Source of the DNA: Ramazzottius varieornatus
Taxonomy: Eukaryota; Animalia; Tardigrada
NCBI GenBank assembly: GCA_001949185.1
Contig: BDGG01000004.1
Location: 77,282-141,281 of the forward strand
Direction: 5' to 3'
Length of the DNA stretch: 64,000 nucleotides
The notes beneath the pieces are model-generated. The model ran no database searches. It had not been told where the DNA came from and was given only the letters and a program-made list of their open reading frames with translations. The stretch's first letter is position 1. Every line of letters begins with the position of its first letter. Positions 57,670 through 64,000 of this stretch are shown here, piece after piece. The position numbers and the translations under genes are program-made.

Positions 57670-58450
57670 TCTGGCGTATCCGGTAGAGCAGGAGGATTTC
57701 TATCTTCCAGTCCGTTGTACGACATCTGCGGAGGCTTTATCTGAGCTGCAGTGGTTTCAGAGCCTCTCTAGATACTATGAGAAGAGTGGAGCTCGGGATG
57801 AGGAAGTCCCTGGTCAGTGAGGTAACTGCCAGACTGGAGGACGAAGAGTGGTTGGTGAAGGAATGCAGGTCGATGCAGGAGGTGCCTGAAGGTGGCCTTG
57901 ACGGGGCAGAGTGAACTTGCGGTGGTGCGAAGGCAGATATCACACCAGTGTGAAAACTGGTCAGTTTTGGACTGACGGAGACGGGATGCGAAGATCTACG
58001 TCGATTTCGATGTCAGCTAGAGTGCGATGTGGGTCAAACTTCTTGGCGAACGAACTAGCGAACTCACTCACGTGAAGAGCCCCAGAAAAGGCAAGAGTGA
58101 TGGCGGACCTAGTGGAGATACTGGTCGGGACGGCTGAGGGTCAGCGAGGCTAGCTTGTCCTTGACATGGCGCATGATGGCGTGTGGCGGAAAGGGAGCCT
58201 TCTTCGGTGTAGAGGGCTGCCACGAAGCGTTCCATGGTCAATTCGTCGGGTAGAAGTGCATGGTAGTTATTGGACTGGCAAAAGTGGTGGAAACGTCTTA
58301 TTCTGGCGTTGTAGATTATGCGAGTGGACTGAGCGATGGGGTGTAGCTGAATGCGCTCCGTTACGAAGATGATGGAAGCTTATTACAGTACGGAGTTCTG
58401 CTCTAAGCTCTTGCCACAAATCCGGGAAAGCCGTAGGTTGGGGATCTGCA
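57670..58450 (-). mobile_element. Degenerate tyrosine recombinase, relic of a DIRS/Ngaro-type retroelement (or Crypton)
   Basis: Across frameshifts and stops: AITLAFSGALHVSEF...FDPHRTL, LRQSKTDQF, LCPVKA, PLFVLQSGSYLT, SSHSI*RGSETTAA, GR*KS....Y.R. This is the ordered motif series of YR catalytic domains. Confidence 0.8.
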
Positions 58451-59812
58451 GATGGCGCTAGCTGGCGGGAACCGACGAACCTAGAAACGTCATGGCACAA
58501 CGGGTATCTCCATACGAGAATGCGTCCAAAGGGTGTCTAACCAAATTGTTCACGAGAACGACTCGAAGTTTCTGCACCCTGAGGGCCAACTCAAACCAGA
58601 CATGTGAACAAACCCTGGGGAACACGAATCTGAAGTCAAAGACGAGGTACGACCACAGGTCAGAAAGCTAGGAAGAGCGAACTGAAAGTGCCGAAAACCT
58701 ATGTAGTGCACGGAGCAGTGCGCATTGCGGTTTCATGCGTTGTGCGCGGCAGTTAGTAATCAACCAATTAAAAACCAAAGGTGAGGAGTCATCGTGCGTC
58801 AAAGATTGACGCAGGAGCGCGTCTTCGGCCTAGGTGACTCGTTGACGGCAACACTGCCCTGTAACGCCCCTGTATCTTCGAGTTTCAAGTCCGAATCTTT
58901 TCCGCCATTCGGTCTTGCGTCATTACCGCACCAAAGTGCACCAAATTGAACCTTTGGCACTGTTCGATATTTCGAACAGCTTGATGTCGTAAAAGACCGA
59001 TTCCCAGCCAGAACACTTCGGACGCATTCTCGTCTGGAAATACCCAAAACAGCAATATTAATGTTGAACACTGATGGCCTATCCAATTTCGACTGGTTTA
59101 AGCAGTTAGAAGTTCAAATGTCTGGCGGTCTGGACCCGTCGGGTCAGGTTGGATTGCACTGGGAAAATCCATAATGAGTATTTGCATTCTGAATTCCTAT
59201 TCGAGCCGTATTCACACCCATTGTGATCCGATTCTCGGTCCAGTTCCGAAAGCCGATGGCACAGTGAGAATTTGGACTGCAAACACTAATCAAAAGCGTA
59301 TGGGTCGCCGCTGATCGTGACACGCGCCCTCAATGTGAATGAGCTCAACACTTTGAGCACGACGCAATTTCGCGCTTTCAGAGTACGAGGTGGGAAAGTC
59401 TTCTTGGCCTCATTTAACTGATTGAGGTCGGTGAGCGGTGCCAAACTCGACCAATCACCACCTCTTCGATTGGCCGAAATCTGGGAATATGATGTACGAG
59501 GTAGAGGACATACTGTAGTGCTCCTAAATTAAATATTTTTTCGGAGCTCCTGCTACACCTAATGACTTGTTTCTTGTTTCCTGAGCTTGACCAGTCTCTC
59601 TCTTCAAGGTCCGAATAGGTTTGGAGACGACTAAATATTGTAGGTCAGAAGACCCTGTCGGGTCGATCCAATGTTTGAAAGCGTAAGGTTGTGTCAACAC
59701 ATATGCGATGAGAAATGAATCAAGGGTTGATGATAATGCTTAAACTGTTTCTACTGCCCGAATTATGGTGCAAAAATCGCTATGCCCGAATTATGTCCCG
59801 TACCTCGTACAC

Positions 59813-59988
59813 GTACGATGGGAATTTATGGGGCAGGCGGAGAGGACGGCAAAATGGAAATTCAACAGTAGAAAAAAGTGTTGAAAAGTACATTAATAGG
59901 AATCGGCGGCGTACCTACGTGATTTCGCGCCGCCGTAGCGAAAAGGCCTGCCCCAAAATTTTCAGTGTCCCATAATTTCCGATCGTAC
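59813..59988. repeat. Short MITE-like element with 20-bp imperfect TIR
   Basis: gtacgatgggaatttatggg versus cccataatttccgatcgtac (2 mismatches), plus an inner ggggcaggc/gcctgcccc pair. Confidence 0.6.
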
Positions 59989-60085
59989 ATTAACAGCTCG
60001 CTACCTACCACCTCAAGACGGTGAACCTTCACAATTCCTTGTTAGCCAAGGGACAGATCGTTTTTGAAATGATTTTTGGGGAAAG

Positions 60086-60706
60086 GCTCCGCACAACACC
60101 TTTCACCACCGTAGTCTCCTAATACCACCTTTTAATTCCAAATCATCAGCACCGTTTGCTCCGTACACCACTTTCTAACTAAGAGCGACCACCAAGGACT
60201 TCGAGCACCACTTTTTGCCAGATTGGTTTTCATTAATTAGTCTGAGAGGAGGAAGTTAGATCGCGCTTCTATCCCGATTACAGGTGGCAAGAAGTGTTCA
60301 TCAACAGTAGGATCTCTAGGATCGTGAGTCCTCCCTGTTCTCTGAACTTGCCAGAACATCGCTTACTCTTTGGTCATAGTGACCGGGCTTCGATATCCCA
60401 CTCTGGTGCCGGGTCTCCCTCGACGGCGTGACAGTTTTTCGGTCTTTTTACTATTAGAACTATTTTACTCTTTTTACTTTTTACTATTAGAACAGTCTAA
60501 GAACCACTTCCGCAGTTCTTTGCTTGAGAAAGACGCTATCTCCGAACAAGAGTGGTGCGCAGAGATTTTAAATTCTAATTACTTAACAGCGGTGAACGAA
60601 AGGTGGTACGTCCAGACAAACGGTGGTGAAACGGTGGTATTAGGAGACTGCGGTGGTGAGAGGTGGTGTGCGGAGACAATGGTGGTTTTCGGTGGTGCGC
60701 GGAGCA
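60086..60706. repeat. Foldback/MITE-like element with ~130-bp imperfect inverted arms
   Basis: ctccgcacaacacctttcaccaccgtagtctcctaataccacc (~60087-60129) pairs with ggtggtattaggagactgcggtggtgagaggtggtgtgcggag (~60633-60675). Further pairing occurs between ~60150-60215 and ~60550-60627. Confidence 0.7.
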
Positions 60707-61340
60707 CTTTCCACAGTTTTTTTGGAGACTTCGAGTCTACCGAGAGCCTAGGCAAACGAAAACTTTGCCGGCCAGGACAAAATCTCTACGAAAACGGAAA
60801 AAGCTCCGGGCAGTTTCTGATAGCCACTGTCCAGTGGTCCTGAGCTGCGGTTTCGATAGCAGGTGATTATTCCGGCAGACGTAAAAATACGGGCAGCAAG
60901 AGCTAAGCTGGGATTTCGCTATGTAGAAATTAGTGTGCTCCAGGAAGGCGTGGTTCCCGCACCGTAGTGGCACTTTACATGCGACCCAAATTTGATGCTG
61001 TTTAAGAGACGGGTCGAACACCGAAAAGTCAGACAATCGATAATTTCCCACTCAGACACCGGCACCATAGTTACTCAATTTCCTGCTATCCTTCGCAGCT
61101 CGAGTTACGTACCGCACTGAGATTTGTTACCTATGGTATCAAAACATGGAGCCGTTGTGACTTGTCCATTAATCGAGGAAAGTCAGAGCCTGTTATTGAT
61201 AGTACTACAGAACACAGTTCGACGTAAAAGCATTTCAGTTTGTGCGCTCATATAAATAGCTCAAGTAGACTCCTGACAATCAACGGATGCATACTAAACC
61301 CTCGAGAACAAAACTAGTTTTCGAAGAAATCTGCAGTTGA

Positions 61341-62255
61341 TCAAGTTCGAGGAACAGCAGTAAGGAAATATTCGTGGGTGTCCAGCGTGATCCCGTTCAC
61401 TGGCGACATGTCCACCGACTCCGGTTTGTCCACGCTCAGGCTGAAGCGTTGAAGAACCGAGGCGAAAATGAGAAACAAGGCCATTTTGGCCAGGCTTTCC
61501 CCCGGGCAAGAGCGTTTTCCTGCAATCAGAGACAATTGTCATTCTAAGGGCAAAAGCAAAGCAGCGTACACAGCTCCGGTGTTGTGGTGCAACTCGCTTA
61601 CCAATGGAATACGGGATGAAGTGGTTGGGAAGAACGAGCTCCTTTCCGTCAGCTGTCAAGAATCTTTCCGGTCGAAAGACGGTTGCGTCTTCCCACTTTG
61701 ATTCATCGCGGTGGACAGACCACATGTTGGTAAAGATCCAAGCATCCTTGGGAATAAANNNNNNNNNNNNNNNNNNNNNNNNNNNNNNNNNNNNNNNNNN
61801 NNNNNNNNNNNNNNNNNNNNNNNNNNNNNNNNNNNNNNNNNNNNNNNNNNNNNNNNGGCAGTACATCGCTTACCGAGTCTCTTGCCGGTGACCTCGGCCG
61901 TGTACATGCGTGGTCTTCCGCTGAACACTGGCTGAAACAAAGCTTCTCGGATTATTTCAGCGTCATTCAGCACAATTACGGTCTTCCCGCCAAGCCGGCA
62001 ACTGTAAATCTTGCCAAGCTTCTTCGCCCATCTTGCAAAGGCTTCATGGGGAAGAGAGCCCAAAAGCGGTATGCAGCCGAGCAGCGGGAACTGAAAGGGC
62101 GACGGTGGAAGGTTTCCCCGCGACCCTAACAAACGCCGTTGTTTCGCCCAAACAGCCAGCAAACCGACAGTCGCCAGAAGACACCCAAAACCGGAGCCCC
62201 ACAAGTGAGGCAGCCAGGTCTTCATGAACATGAGGAATGATGGAGTAGCTGACAT
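61341..62255 (-). CDS. Cytochrome P450, CYP2-clan-like; middle of the gene lost in the N gap (61759-61856)
   Basis: Membrane anchor plus LPPSPFQFPLLG, VIVLNDAEIIREAL, FSGRP. After the gap: FRPERFL and heme motif PYSI|GKRSCPGE. The I- and K-helix exons are missing, so the gap is larger than drawn. Confidence 0.9.
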
Positions 62256-62820
62256 GGCGAATGCTAGAGCGCTTGGGTGCTGTAAAAACTTGAACAAAAC
62301 CTGCTTAGACGGACGCACTGGACTCGGTCATCAGGAAATATGGTTCGGCAGAGACATAAGCCGGCTCTTATACTAACCGTGTCGCGAATTTGCTGCGGTA
62401 AGCAGTTACATAAGAAGGTAACGACTGACAAGTTATCGAACATGGTGCAGATTGTGCACGATTGCTGTATAGGCGGTGCTAATACCCTTCGACAACCTTC
62501 TTTGCATCACAATACACAGCTGCCAATGGCGTCATCAACTGTTCCTGTGTGTTAAGAAGCCGTATCTACAAATATGCGTGCATAGCATCCGAGCTAGACG
62601 GAGTACGGGACATTCGGGGAAGCGGTCATTGCTTCTAAACTTTGGCCCACATTGGGCGGTCCAAGGTTGTGTCGGTGTGTGATAACTATGGGGGACTGAA
62701 ACCAAACACGAACTTGGCATCGAGAGTATCTGCGCGAAGCTGGGCAGTTCACTAGATTGCACCTAGGCCGGTTTCGGGCGCTGCGCACAGCCGACCTGAG
62801 AAACTGCTGTCCGTTGTATA

Positions 62821-62963
62821 CTGTAATGCTTCTTGAACTTGGCGAAGTGAGTCATCATATGCGCGAATCATCCCTTAGGGGATTGGTAGGGCAAAATTTC
62901 CAGACCGGGGTTCAACTGTACGCGTATGATGACTCACTTCGCCACGTTCGTGAAGCATTACAG
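62821..62963. repeat. 43-bp inverted repeat with 57-nt spacer
   Basis: ctgtaatgcttcttgaacttggcgaagtgagtcatcatatgcg versus cgcgtatgatgactcacttcgccacgttcgtgaagcattacag (4 mismatches). Confidence 0.75.
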
Positions 62964-64000
62964 CAGTCTAACCAGGAGGTTAGACCGACGGCGAACGTCT
63001 GATTTGCACGGCTCGTGTGAGACACGCGGCGCTGATGTGGCAGCCTGGACTGCTGAAGCCCTTTTCAAGACACATGAGACCATGAACCTCATTGAAACCG
63101 GAAGTTGCAGTAATGACCAGCTTTGCCGTGTACACCTCGAGCTTGCTGCTGACTTGGTCAACTGTCGGAGACAACGAGGTTCAGAACCATCCGGCAAGTA
63201 ATACATGGCTTTCCATTAGCCGAGTGGCAATCGCAGCTGCTACGCAATCTTGCGAAGTTACCTAGAGGTGACCTTGCAGAGTTCAACGGACAATCAGCCA
63301 AGTCTGTAAGTTTCGTGACTGGCAGGTCGATGGCTGTAACCGTCGCGATTTTGGGCATTCTTTGATAACGATGCAATGCGGATGTTGCCGACGATAGACT
63401 ATGGTCCAGCGAACAGTAACACTTGACGTAATGCGCAACGGTTTCCGCAAGGCATCTTCGCGGGTATACAAGACGTTAAAGTTGTTGCCCTCTTATCTCG
63501 TAAGCCAACAAATGGTCTCGCAGTATTACCCTCACTCTTCTCAGTGGTAACTTTTCATCCTGTCTGGTATAGCGACTTTGACGTCATGAAGACAATTAAC
63601 GGCCTTGTTCTCAATGGAATTCGGCGAACCTTTGCTCTTTTCAACAAATCAGGCACGTCTATAGTGACATATACGTTAATCCGCACTGCATTCTTTTTTC
63701 GCGAGCGTGATGCCTCGAGCTGAGCACCTTGCGCGGAAAAAAACCCGAAATCCAGTGCAGACAAACTTTCTCTGAGCGGAAGGCAGTGTACATCCTTTCC
63801 ATCCAACGGAGACACACTGTGATCGCTGTTTCGAACGGGAGGTGTATATCGTGTATTGAATACAGCCGTTTGTATACTAGGTGCGGAAGTATGACTTATC
63901 CCCCCTAAAACACCTTGACTTCAAAAACTCATAGTTCTGCCCCCCTTCGTCCTTCCGTTTTAAACATTTTTTCCTGCCAGCCAACCAACTCCCGACCCTT

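Noticed and set aside
61341-62255. Naturally truncated mini-P450
   Set aside because: The missing middle coincides with a run of Ns, so it is an assembly gap rather than biology.
62960-63830. Penelope-like reverse-transcriptase relic (DVK/SLY across a frameshift, PLR motif)
   Set aside because: The motifs are too fragmentary, and no YxDD segment was found.

Overview
Compact invertebrate eukaryotic genomic DNA with many short (~55-150 nt) GT-AG introns. It is chitin-bearing ecdysozoan-like, and a tardigrade is my inference, not shown directly. Housekeeping-type genes: TANGO2, kinesin-3 unc-104/KIF1, D2HGDH and a CYP2-clan P450 broken by an assembly gap. Expanded families: six paralogues of one divergent class-A GPCR family (three intact, three disrupted, one of them by a hAT-type MITE) and three Ly6/uPAR/Quiver-like three-finger genes carrying 2, 1 and 4 domains. 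Three extracellular or receptor enzymes have intact exon structure in the visible sequence but substituted catalytic residues: an astacin, a receptor guanylyl cyclase and a chitin deacetylase. There are several MITEs and a tyrosine-recombinase retroelement relic. The most unusual object is a decayed minus-strand gene at 46.1-49.2 kb. It appears to join an RPA70C-like zinc-finger OB fold to a 53BP1-like tandem Tudor domain, an architecture I do not recognise. All calls come from manual translation and motif recognition; no searches were run.
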